A DNA stretch of 64,000 nucleotides. It comes from Heteronotia binoei (lineage: Eukaryota). Shown here in pieces: positions 21,046 through 31,965 of this stretch. Below the pieces are notes generated by a model. It was given only the letters and a program-made list of their open reading frames with translations, was not told where the DNA came from and did not search any database. Position numbers and translations under genes: made by a program. The first letter of the stretch is position 1. Each line of letters starts with the position of its first letter. The stretch is from assembly GCF_032191835.1 (NCBI RefSeq), contig NC_083229.1:106020001-106084000 (forward strand), read 5' to 3'.

Positions 21046-23593
21046 GTCTTCTGCACAGTTCCACATTGGGACAGTGCTTGCACAGGCCAGCCACCAGAGG
21101 CCTCCTTCCCAGCTTTTCCATTCCTCTCTGTAGAAAGCTGAAGGGAAGCCTCTCCCCTTGATCTGGAGGCATGCTACCATATAAAGTATTCTCATCAAAG
21201 AGCTTTCCAGTTAGACCAGGCATAGACCCACCACAGAACCAGATCTTGGGGTAAAAACAACAGCAGCAGTCCTCTAAGGAGGCCTCTGTGGGCCAAAGGA
21301 CTTCCTTCTGATTAGAAGACTGACTGTCCATTATTCCTGGAGAGGCTTGGCTAAATTTTACCCCAGTTGGCAACAACTGATGTCTGATTCCTGGGTTCTG
21401 ACCATTGTTCAATTAGGCTATCATTTAGAAATCATTGAGTACTCCCCCCCAACCCCGCTCTGCTGCCTTAGATAATACAATGTCTGAACCAGGGGTGGAC
21501 ACACTTGCTTAATGTAAGAGCCGTACAGAATAAACATCAGATGTTCGAGAGCCGCAAGAAATGAGCATCAGATATTTGAGAACCACAAATAGAAAGGAAA
21601 GAAGGGAGGGAGGGGTGGTGGAAAGAACTTTAAATGTATTATTCAAGCTGCCAGCTGACTTGGCTTGGAGAAGTGATTTAAAGAGAGAAATGCCTTCTCC
21701 AAGTTGACTGACAAGGCAGTGGGGCCTTCGAGAACCACACGATATGTAGGAAAGAGCCACAGTTTGGCCAGCCCTGGTCTGAACTCAGCCCTGAGCTGGA
21801 GATTTCCATGTCTAAGGGAGCAATAGAGAATTTTCCCCTCTCTGATGACTTCAAAGGTTTCTGCTCCAGATTCTTCATAGTCCCAAAGAAGTATGGGGAG
21901 CTCTGGCTTAACCTCGACCTAAGGGGTCTCAACTGTTTCCTAACCGTTAAAAAGTTAAAAATATTAATTTTCTCTGTTGTGTTAAATTCGTGGTTCATTG
22001 GATACTCCCTGCTCCCAAAAAGCAATGTCACTGTGTGATGTCCCTGTCATGATGACATCAACTGGAAGTGACATCATCACACTGGGAATGTCATGCAGTG
22101 AGGCAAAACTCTATGGTTTGAAGCCAGTGTTACCATAGAGTTTTGCCCCCAAACCAGAGTATCATCAAGTGATGTCCCTGAAGTGATGACATCACTTCCA
22201 GGTGATGTCACCACATCAGGGATATCCCAGAATGCCACTAGATCCCCTCACTGGAGTGAAAAGGGGACCTGGAAATCCTACTGTTCCACCTGTTGTGAGA
22301 CATTGTTTTGCTTGTTTTCTTCCCTTGCCCCACCTCAGAAGCAGAAAAGGCACTGCATAAGTTAGATGTTCAAAAGACTTTATTATATTATTTACATAGG
22401 CAGGACCGGACCGCCCACTAGGCAAACTAGGCATTTGCCTCACCAGCCTCCTCCTCCCTCCCTCACCATTTCAATGCCCAGGAAGAAGCAGTAGAGTGCT
22501 ATGCTTCCTAGGCTCTTTAAAGGTACACCCTGCCGATCAGCTGATTGGCAGGTAAAACTGCCAGAGGCTTGCAGCTCCTATGCTGGCCCTCTGGCATGAT
22601 CAAGATCAGTGTGGGGTTGAGGGCCCCTGGAGGCAGCAGCAGTGGGAAGGATGAGTGAGCTGCTGAAAGAGCGGCCGCTGCCTCCTTCCCCCTTCCTCCC
22701 CCCGCGATCCAGGAAAGTGCGTTTTACACATCAATCAACTGGGGAGGTGGCCTTTAAAGAGCCGAGGGAGTGGGGTGCTCCACCACCCCTTCCCTGGCAT
22801 TTAAATTGTGAGGAAGGGAGGGAGGAGGAAGCACTGTTTAAGGGGGAGCGCTGTAGTGCCATGGAGAGGGGCGGTGAGTAGTGAGGCTGCCTGGGGCACC
22901 ATGTGCCCTAGGGCCAGCCCTGTACATAGGACAAAATCTTTCAGAACATCAGTGTGTTTATTTGTGTGCTGTATGGTCTCTTCAAAGGGTAGAGCCTTCC
23001 AATCCATCTCTAGGTGGATTTTGAGGGTGATTAGATGGTGCTATGACCAGGCCCAGAGAGCTGTGTGTATTTGGGCCCATTCAACCAGGGCACAGGCTGC
23101 ATCAGCTGAATTCTCATGTGGCATCTTAGTGAAGGAAATGGTCAGATATCTTCATTAAGCACTTTTTGGTCAATTTCAGAGGCAGAAGGGAGGTGTCAGT
23201 GGGCAAGGTGGTCCTGCATTCTGTCTTCCAGTGAGAGCTTCATACCCACCTCCAAGTAAGTAGATTTTTACTCTCCCATTGTAAGACTGCATAGAAGACT
23301 GAAGTTGAAAACAGTGTTGCACTTAGCTGTTAACTATTGTTCACCCCCTTGTTCCTTCCCCACTCGTAGCTCTCTCAAAAAAAATTGAGCCTAATCTTGG
23401 CAGCTGGAGAACAGAGGGAGGGAAGGGCCCCCTCCCAGGAGCACATGACCATTTGGGTGGGAAAATGCACCTCCAGCTCTGGGGGAAAGACTCCCCTTCA
23501 GCTTTCCAGAGAGAGGAAAGCAAAAGGTTGGAAGGAATCCTCCACTGGCTGGCCTGTGCAAGCACTGTCCCAATGTATGTCTGCACAGAAGAC
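21046..23593 (+). mobile_element. DIRS tyrosine-recombinase retrotransposon, internally deleted
   Basis: RT remnant SKGAIE...GFCSRFFIVPKKYGELWLNLDLRGLN (21808-21960); YR remnant RTKSFRTS...ISRWI...AHSTRAQAAS (22930-23160); about 125-bp inverted terminal repeats at 21046-21170 and 23469-23593; ICR near 23275-23345. Confidence 0.88.
22401..22922. mobile_element. Non-autonomous hAT element inserted in the DIRS YR gene
   Basis: 8-bp TSD TACATAGG at 22393-22400 and 22923-22930; ends CAGGACCGG / GCCAGCCCTG. Confidence 0.82.
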
Positions 23594-23639
23594 AGTCTAA
23601 TGAATGGGGAGCAAAAAGAGGTGAATAAAAACTTAATCC

Positions 23640-23960
23640 AAGCAAGCTGAATTAAGAAGCCAAAAGGTTAATTACCACTAATATAAGAGCCAAATATAAC
23701 AGAAATATTATCAAATATATGAAAATGCATGTATTTACTACAAATTAGATAAAAACAGATATAGACCCAATAGCAGCCTCAAAACAGAATAAAATCACAC
23801 ATAGGTATCAAACAGAAAACATACGTATCCAAGACCATGCATGTTTCAGCCAATTTAGCCTTCCTTAGTGGTCAAACATTTGTATTGAGCATTAGCTCCA
23901 AGTAATACAATAAATGCTAAAAATAGCACCAGTTAAAATGATTTTATAAGAAATCTCAAT
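23640..23960 (-). mobile_element. Penelope-like terminal repeat remnant with degenerate hammerhead
   Basis: AT-rich, strand-skewed segment holding GACCA-CTAAGGA-AGGCTAAATTGGCT-GAAAC-ATGCA-TGGTC on the minus strand (23833-23873). Confidence 0.55.
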
Positions 23961-24759
23961 AAAATGGGAGGTCATATGCCTCGGTCATATGCTTGTGTCT
24001 TTAGTTTTGTGTCTTTCTCTCTTAGTCTAAGGAAAGTATATATTCTCATGCAATGTGGGGCCAATAGAAAATGAAAGTGTGACGATTTGTTATAAACACG
24101 TGCATTTTCATATATATTTGATAATACTTAGATTAAATGTTTAATTGATAGAATTTGGCCCTTATATTTGTAGACAACTTAATGAACAACAATTTCCAGT
24201 ATGCACAACACTTTACTGGCATGTTTTTATCATAGGATATCACTTCCCCAAATAATGCACCTTGCATTTCATCCAGTTAAAATGAAGAAAACGTTGGTTT
24301 GAATCCTGAATTTTGCAAGTGCAAAAATCATGGATCTTTTCCACCGCCCTGCAGCCCTTTCTTATCCAGGAAACATTTATTGTTGGGGTTAAGGACTTTG
24401 TGTACACTAGACACGCACAGTGGGAAAGAGGAAGAGGGTGAACTTGTTCCTTTCTTTCTGTAAAGAAGGTTGCCACTCCAGGAACCAACTCAGATAGGGC
24501 TCTTCAACTCAGCTGTGAATGTCAGGTGATTTAACTATGTTGTTGTTTTATTGCTGTTTTAATATGGATATAGTTGTTTTGTGTTTTAAAGGTTTCAATT
24601 GATAAGAAATAAAAATTGGAGTAGAATCCTAATTTTTATTTTAGAAGGGGAAGGATGTAAAGGATAAAGAAGGATGTAAAGGATAAGGAATGTCAATTTC
24701 AGAGCTCAACCTATGCAAATGGATGAAAGGGCGATCCTTTTCTCCTGCAGAACATTATT

Positions 24760-26060
24760 TTGACTCTTATATAACATGCTGAGTGATTCAACTTTCCAAG
24801 TAGAAGAAACTACATAACAGTCTACCCCAAGTCTTGGTCCTTGCTCCAGTTCTTTTCAATTTATACATCTCTGATGTTCCCAAAATGATATCCAGGAAGT
24901 TTGCTTATGTTGATAACATGATGATTGCAGTAAGCCACAAATCAATTGAAAGGAAATACTGAGGAAATACTGAGTAGGGACCTCGGAAATTTGGCTAACT
25001 ACTTCCAAAATGGTGACTTATCTGAAATCCAGGAAAAACAGAATGTTATTGTTTCCATCTCAATAACAATGCTGCCATCTCCAAACTGAATGTCTGCTTT
25101 AATGGCATCTGGTTTACACACAACCATACACCTAAGAACCTTGACCAGGGCCAGCTCGCCCACTAGGCAAACTAGGTGGTTGCATAGGGCACCGGGAGGG
25201 TGGGGGCGCCAAATTGGGCTCCCCACCCCCCTCCCGGTGCCCCAGGCAAGCACCTAGTTTGCCTGCCTCCCCTGCCCACCAGCCACTACTGGCTGCCACC
25301 ACTGCTGCTGCCGCCCGCTGCTCCATTCCCTTCCCCACAGCTCCGCAACCCTGTGCCTCCCCTCTCCCCGCAGCACCTTCCCCCTCCCCGCAGCACCTTC
25401 TCCCTCCCTTCAGACCCTTCCCCATCCCATGTCAGTTTCAATGCCAGAACCGGCTCTAGCGGCGTGTTCCGGCTATCTAAAGCTCTTCCCGGCCGATCAC
25501 TCAATCGCAGGTAAAACCATGCTCCTGGACTAGGATGTGCTTATAGTCTGTCAGGATCAGTGTCCTGAAAGGCCAACCCTTCTGATTCCTCTCCCATCCA
25601 CGAAGTGGGGAGGGGAGGAGTCAGCGTCAGCGGGGTTGACGTTGATCCTGACAGACTGTAAGCATGTGCCGGCCCCATGGCGCGGTTTTACCAGTGATTG
25701 AGTGATCGGCCAGGGAGGGGGGAGGCTACAGATAGCCAGAACGCGGCGCTAGAGCGGGTTCCGGCATTGATATTGACATGAGGTAGGGAGGGGGGAGGAG
25801 GCGCTGTGGGGAGAGGGGAGGCATGGGGGGTGAGGAGCTGCAGGGCGAGGCACAGGGGTGCTTGAAGGGGATGCTGGGCAGCAAGTCTGCCTAGGGTGCC
25901 ATGGGGCATTGAGCTGTCCCTGACCTTGACATTACCCTGGAAAGGATCTTGGGCTATAAACAGCATCTTACCAACATAGCAGTGAAAATATGTATGCAAA
26001 GCAACGTTCTCCAAAAATTACATGGTACGGCTTGGGGTGCATCTGCTACAACACTTAGAT
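24760..26060 (+). mobile_element. Vingi-like LINE RT fragment, interrupted
   Basis: LPQVLVLAPVLFNLYISDVP...KFAYVDNMMI (degenerate YADD); HTPKNLDITLERILGYKQHL...LQKLHGTAWGASATTLR matches the Vingi/Ingi RT thumb region. Confidence 0.78.
25146..25922 (+). mobile_element. GC-rich non-autonomous hAT element (Tip100-like TIR)
   Basis: TIRs CAGGGCCAGCTC / GAGCTGTCCCTG (11 of 12 match); 8-bp TSD ACCTTGAC at 25138-25145 and 25923-25930. Confidence 0.88.
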
Positions 26061-26250
26061 CAGGGGTGTCAAACATACGGCCGGGGGCTGAATCAGGTCC
26101 CTGGAGGGTTCCTATCAGGCCCCTGAGCAACTGGTTGTCATCTGTTTCCTTCTTCCCCTCTCTTTCTTCCTTCTGCATCACAGCTTGCTTTGCAAGACTT
26201 GCTCAATTGCACAGGAGCTACAGAGCAAAGCCTCTATTTTCTCCATTCAA
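26061..26250 (+). mobile_element. hAT (Charlie-like) 5' fragment
   Basis: Starts CAGGGGTGTCAAACATACGGCC, a typical Charlie terminus; truncated by a SINE. Confidence 0.6.
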
Positions 26251-26467
26251 CATATGAACATATGAAGCTGCCTTATACTGAGTCAGACCCTCGGTTAATC
26301 AAAGTCAGTATTGTCTGCTCAGAATGGCAGTGGCTCTCCAGGGTCTCAACAAGCTGAGGTTTTTCACATCTATTTGCCTGGACCCTTTTTAGTTGGAGAT
26401 GCTGGAGACTGAACCTAGGACCTTCTGCTTACCAAGTAGATGCAGTACCACTGAGCCACTGTCCCTG
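26251..26467 (-). mobile_element. Squam2-like tRNA-derived SINE with CR1-like tail
   Basis: Minus strand GTGGCTCAGTGGTACTGCATCT...GGTTCAGTCTCCAGCATC head; tail GCAGCTTCATATGTTCATATG. Paralog at 45075-45290. Confidence 0.72.
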
Positions 26468-27203
26468 CACTCTATCAACTGTATCAGCTGGGTTCCATAC
26501 TTTATATTATTATATGATTCCTGTGTATAACTCTGTTATATGATAAATAAATACACAACCAGTGCAGCTACTGGTACACACATATCTTTCAAAAATGGCA
26601 GTAAATTTTTCTGGGGATGGAAGGGGATTCAGGGGGAGGGAAGATGAAGAAGATCTGGGACCATCAGCTCTTTCTGTTGGTTGTTCATGGGATCCAAGCT
26701 GTTACATTTCTTTGAGTCTGACAGAAGAGATTTTGTACTTGACTCTGCCATTTTAATTGATGGGAAACTGGGAAACAATTATTTGATTTTTTGCTGGATG
26801 TGATTCTTATTTTAAAACTCTTCCATGGGATTATAGCATGTAGGTTAAAAGGCAATTATATACCTACTGTTCTGCATGTCTAGTAGCTAATATGTGGTAT
26901 TATATAGCACTGCAGATGGAAGGGGGAATCTAAATCCCTGCAAAATGGATTGATGTAGCTGAAAATGTCCTCATTAGTTAACTGATTCTTGAGCAGCCAA
27001 GGATACTGACAGAAACAGCATTTTACAGATAGCTTTCTGTGAAACAACTGGTTTTATTTTTCAAGTTTTCTCTGTTTTTCTGCCGTTATTTAGTCCATTT
27101 TCCCAAACAGTGTTCTTAGATTTGTTGTTGGCATCTTTAAACTCAGAACAAGTATTAGGAGAGACATTTGGGTTGTTGTGATGTCCATCTTTTCACTCTT
27201 CAG

Positions 27204-27311
27204 ATGTTTTCAAGCCATCACGAACTATTTGTATGGAATACAGTAATACCTTTGAATCTTTCTTGGCTTTATTTCCATCAGACTGGAAATTTGGCTCCAG
27301 TCTGTTGTCAG
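27204..27311 (+). CDS. Candidate internal exon of an unidentified gene (108 nt)
   Basis: Strong acceptor ccatcttttcactcttcag and donor AG/gtaaat; frame-preserving length; open as VFKPSRTICMEYSNTFESFLALFPSDWKFGSSLLS; lies in non-repeat sequence. No homology recognised. Confidence 0.3.
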
Positions 27312-27959
27312 GTAAATAGTATTAAGCCTTTCATGGCTTTGTCTGAGCAAAGTGGGGCTGAAAACCATTTCATGCGTTCCAAGTTACAAGAGGCAACTCT
27401 TGCTCTGTTCAAGTGGGTCTTTCCTCTCATTTTTGCTTCCTATTAAAAGCTCAGCCACAATGAAGCTTTAATGAGCTTCGCTGATTTAAAGCTAATTTGC
27501 ACTTGGCTTTGAGGCTGAGGTCCAAAGCACAAGTTGAAGGCCTTTAAATCAGAAGTTAGAATGAAAAGCCTTAGGTATATCACATTGTACTGTGGGCAAA
27601 AGGAATGGCAGCTTCCAGGGATTTTTAAATTAGTTAAGGGTACAGGGGACAAAGTAGGCTTTTTCCTTTCTTTAATGTAACTTCTTTGTTAGTTTCTTAT
27701 CTGCATTTCTGTTTCATCATGTAAATTAATAGGTTGATTATGTTCCCTTTTGCTTGCGTGTCTTTCGGCCATAGCTAGTCTTGCCAAAGTGCCTTGCATG
27801 CAGAAGAATATATAATATTTTATTTTCTAGGGGAAGACCAAAATAGTCTTCTCTCTGGCTTTTACTTAACCTATTGCTTATTCTCTGGTGGTTGACAGAC
27901 AAAAATGGGTGTTTTTGTTTTACATTAATAAGGCAGGGAAGTTATTATTTGGTGGTGGG

Positions 27960-28140
27960 CAGGGCTTTTTTTGTAGCAGGAACTCCTTTGCATATTAGGC
28001 CACACACCCCTGATGTAGCCAGTCCTCCAAGAGCTTACAGGGCTCTTAGTACAGGGCCCACTGCAAACTCCAGGAGATTGGCTACATCAGGGGTGTGTGG
28101 CTTAATATGCAAAGGAGTTCCTGCTACAAAAAAAGCCCTG
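27960..28140. mobile_element. Palindromic hAT MITE (181 bp)
   Basis: TIR CAGGGCTTTTTTTGTAGCAGGAACTCCTTTGCATATT with its inverted copy at the other end; perfect 8-bp TSD GTGGTGGG at 27952-27959 and 28141-28148. Confidence 0.92.
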
Positions 28141-28249
28141 GTGGTGGGCTTTTCTACATGCTTGACTTGCTCCTGATTTTCTTGGCAGTCATTTCACAAA
28201 CATTGGCAGTGGTTTGGGCTCAACCCTCACATCTCTAGAAGCTTCCAAG

Positions 28250-28415
28250 CCTGGAGATGGCGACCCTAATTCCTTGAAAGAAAGTGGTTGCTTTGGACAG
28301 TGGACTCTGTGGCATTGTACTATGCTAGGTTCCCCCCCTTCCCAAACCCCCACCATCCCAAGGCTCCACTTCTAAAATCTGCTGGTTTTTCCCAACCAGG
28401 AAATGGCAACCCTAC
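28250..28415. mobile_element. TAGGGTTGCCA-family MITE fragments
   Basis: GGCGACCCTA and GGCAACCCTA termini; GGACTCTGTGGCATTGTAC internal motif. Confidence 0.6.
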
Positions 28416-30530
28416 TCTGCATTTTTGCAGTTGTGGAATCAGTCTGTTTTCTTCCACATGTGCCATAAATAATCAGGATTGTCAAGGGAAGGTGCTTTCA
28501 TCATCAGTGGCATCACTGGTGATGTCACATCCCCTTGCACTTTTTTATTTGCTGGGGGTGCTTATATCAGTATAGTGATATAATGGTTTAATTTTTTTTT
28601 TTAAAAAAGATTGACAATGAACATATTCTTAGGGATGAAAAGAAAGAGCAGGGCTGCATCCATACATGAAAGGCTGCTGGAAGGGAAGGCGGCATTCCCG
28701 GAGTGGGAGGTTTACAGCTCGCTACTGGGGAGGGTTGATGCAGGTCCTCCCATGCCTCTTTGCACAAGGAAGTCTAAAATGGAAGCAGCTCCAACACCTG
28801 TCTGTTTATGAGCCGTAGGTGGAGTATTATGCCCCTTTCAAACCATGCTGGGTTTTTTTTTCTGACACTGGAAGTGGTCATCTCCTCTCACCAGGGTTTT
28901 TCATTTCTTTCTCTTTTTTAAGACAATAAAATATCATTATGTTGATATCCCACTGTAATTACAGGTTTCTCAATCGCCAGCTTTCTCTTTTTGAGAAAGT
29001 AAGTCTCTGTCCTCTTCCCCACACAGATATAATGATACAGACGTGTCTCCACAAGTGAAAGGACATGATAATCTGTAAAAAATGAAAGCTGAAGATTCAG
29101 AGAATGTGGGAAACCTAACTGTATGTGTGTGTCCGCGTGCAAGCTTATACCAATATATTGATATAAGGGTTGTATTTCCCTCCCCCCAGGGTGGGTGGGA
29201 TGAGAGAGAATGATAGAGGACGATGACAGTACAATCATCAAAAGTTGGCTGAGTTGGATAGGAGTGGGCAGGACAAAGAAACTGTCACAAACATTATACA
29301 GAGGGAAAGGCAACTTAAAATCAGCTTTCAGGAAAAGACAGGAGTAAAAGCGGTCTCAAAAGAACTGGAAAACGTGTGAGGGGGGATGAAACAAAAATGC
29401 ATGTGGAAATCAGAAGATAAACTGAAGCAGTAGGGGACTAGAATCACAGGGCAAAAAACAAGTGGAAAAGCCCATTCATGACCACAGTTCGTATCTTTTG
29501 AGGTTAATGTAAAGTTTTTGTGCTCATTAAAGAATTGTGCTCAGGTTTAATTCCTGACATCTCCATTTAAAAGACTCTCAGGTAGGAAATGCTGGGAAAA
29601 ATCTTTCTCTGCTGAAGGCGCTAGAACAGGACACATTTGTTATGCAAATGGTCACTGAAGTGGATTGAAATGGCATTATTTATCGTGAAAGCACCCTTGG
29701 TCACCAGAATTGAGAGAACCAGTCCTTGTCTTGCTGGTGCCAGTGATGTAAGCATCATTCTGCTCAGGATATCCCTAAACCTTTGGCTGCCCAGAACCTA
29801 GAATGAACAGTGAAGGAAGCCCTTCAGACTTCTTTGGCTTCCACTGAAGAAAGCCATTATTGAAAATAGAACTTAAAACCTGATGGGTTGGTGGGGCATT
29901 GGGGGAGAGTATATTTAGTGGTTACAAATTGGGTTAGACTAGCACCAATGAGAAATGGTCTAAAATCCTCACTTTGCCATGAGGCTGAATGGATGACATT
30001 GGGCCACTCATAAATGTTTAATTTATTAGATTCTCTTTTGGCATGTTATTCCTATTGGATATGTTTTAAGGATCAAATCTGCATCTTTTTTCCATGTACA
30101 CCTCCTTCTGCATGGCCAGTCCAATGTCATGCACTGTTGTAGTCTGATGGATTTTATAATGTCTGATCAGCTCAGTGTGGAATTCTACAGCATCTGCCTA
30201 AGAGAAGCCTAGAATTCCTCACCAATGCTTCACATTTACACCTCTCCTGATGGATCTATATTTAGGTATCCATTGATGAGAAGCCCAAGTGACAAACCAG
30301 TTCCACACTGAGGGCTAATTCTGAAGCACGACTCAAGCCTGAGGGCTAAGAGAGCGTTTGCATATCTGCTCACATAAATTCATACAGTATAGATTAATAT
30401 AGTACAGACTGGGTCACTATTGATGGAGATGTGCCTCTTATTAAATAATAATTATTGTTTTTAAATAGCAGTATTTGTAATATATCAGTAATTAACCAAG
30501 ATTTCAGATTTCACATATTTTGTGTAACAT

Positions 30531-30711
30531 CAGGGCTTTTTTTGTAGCAGGAACTCCTTTGCATATTAGGACAACCCCCGTGATGTAGCCAATCCTCCAA
30601 GAACTTACAGGGCTCTTAGTACAGGGCCTACTGTAAACTCTTGGAGGACTGGCTACATTGAGGTGGGGGTTCCTAATATGCAAAGGAGACCCTGCTACAA
30701 AAAAAGCCCTG
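30531..30711. mobile_element. Palindromic hAT MITE, same family as 27960-28140
   Basis: Same TIRs and length; left TSD TGTAACAT, right TSD split by the adjacent LTR. Confidence 0.88.
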
Positions 30712-30717
30712 TGTAAC

Positions 30718-31039
30718 TGTTATATATGTGATTTGAATTGTGTTTAATATATGGAGTTCTGCCTGGCTCATTGGAGCCTGGAGGACTGAGCATGGGGACT
30801 CGGGAACAATGGGTAGCAGGATCCAAATCCCTGCTGTCCTGCTCCAGTCATGGCCCTCTGCTGGTTTGAATGGTCCAATACCATGCTAGCGCGGGAACCT
30901 TGTGTTTATATATAGTTGGCCCTGTTGACCCAGTCTTCAGTCTTAGAACACAACCCTACTATGCTGAGATAATAAAAAGAGCAATAATCACTACGACCTC
31001 GCCTCTTCATTGCATGGAACCCACTATATTATAGTAACA
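30718..31039 (+). mobile_element. Solo LTR (Gypsy/ERV-like)
   Basis: TGTTA...TAACA termini; TATA-like TATATATAG near 30907; AATAAA near 30971; approximate 4-bp TSD TAAC/TAAA. Confidence 0.7.
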
Positions 31040-31069
31040 TAAACATATGAGATATATAAGCAGGTTTGC

Positions 31070-31965
31070 TAATTCTGGCTTAGGAAGTTTCTGGAGATGG
31101 TGGAGTTTAGAGAGTAGAAGGGACTCAGCAGGGATGTGATGCCACAGAGTCTGCTATCTGCAGCTACCATTTCCTCCAGGGGAATTGATCTTTACAGTCT
31201 GGAGCTGTGATTCCAGGAGAACAGGCCCTACCTTGAGTCTAGAAATAGGGTTGCCACCTCCACATTGGACAATTCCTGGATATTTTGAGGGTAGACTTTG
31301 GGATGGGGAGGGAGCTCAGCGGCTCAGAGTTGCCACCCTCGGGGTAGCACTATTGCAATTGAACTCCAAATGACCAAGACCAGTTCCTCTGGGGGAAATA
31401 GCTACTTTGGAAGGTGGGCTCTATGGCATTCTATCCTGATGAGATCCTTCCCCTCCCCAAACCCCACCCACCCTAGGTTCCACCCCCAAATCTCCAAGTA
31501 TTTATCAACACAAGGCTGGCAACCCTAGAGATGTAATACAAGTCCACCCTCTAGAGCTGCCATTTGCTCCATGGGATATGGATCTCCATAGTCTGGAAAT
31601 CAGTTAATTCCTGGAGCTCTACAGGCCCCACCTGTAGACTTGATGGCAAACTCCATTGCCCACCATTGCCTCCTGCTGTCAAGCTCCATTGCCCACTGTT
31701 GCTGGGAGTGGTGGCTGGAGATCCACCCCACAACATCACCATTGTTACTACATCAATTCTGGGTACAACCTAGAAGTGATAAGGAGTAGTTCTAGGAACC
31801 TGTGGAGACTCCATGGTAAAACTATGGCGTTTCTGGCAATTCCTAAAACTTTCCTTGTACCCGGAAGTGATGTAGCAACACTTGTGATGTCACCAATGTA
31901 CTGCCCACCCCCCTTTGTTCCCGCCGCCATCCCTCTGGCTGTTGGCAGTCCTAGTTGGTAACCCT
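31070..31965. mobile_element. Cluster of nested TAGGGTTGCCA-family MITEs
   Basis: Several TAGGGTTGCCA / TGGCAACCCTA termini (about 31246, 31331, 31520, 31960) with shared internal motifs. Confidence 0.68.

Noticed and set aside
25132-26014. GC-rich CpG-island-like segments with several ORFs (also 4540-5091, 22401-22922, 47338-48100)
   Set aside because: Each lies inside a TSD-bounded hAT element; no sign of a host promoter.
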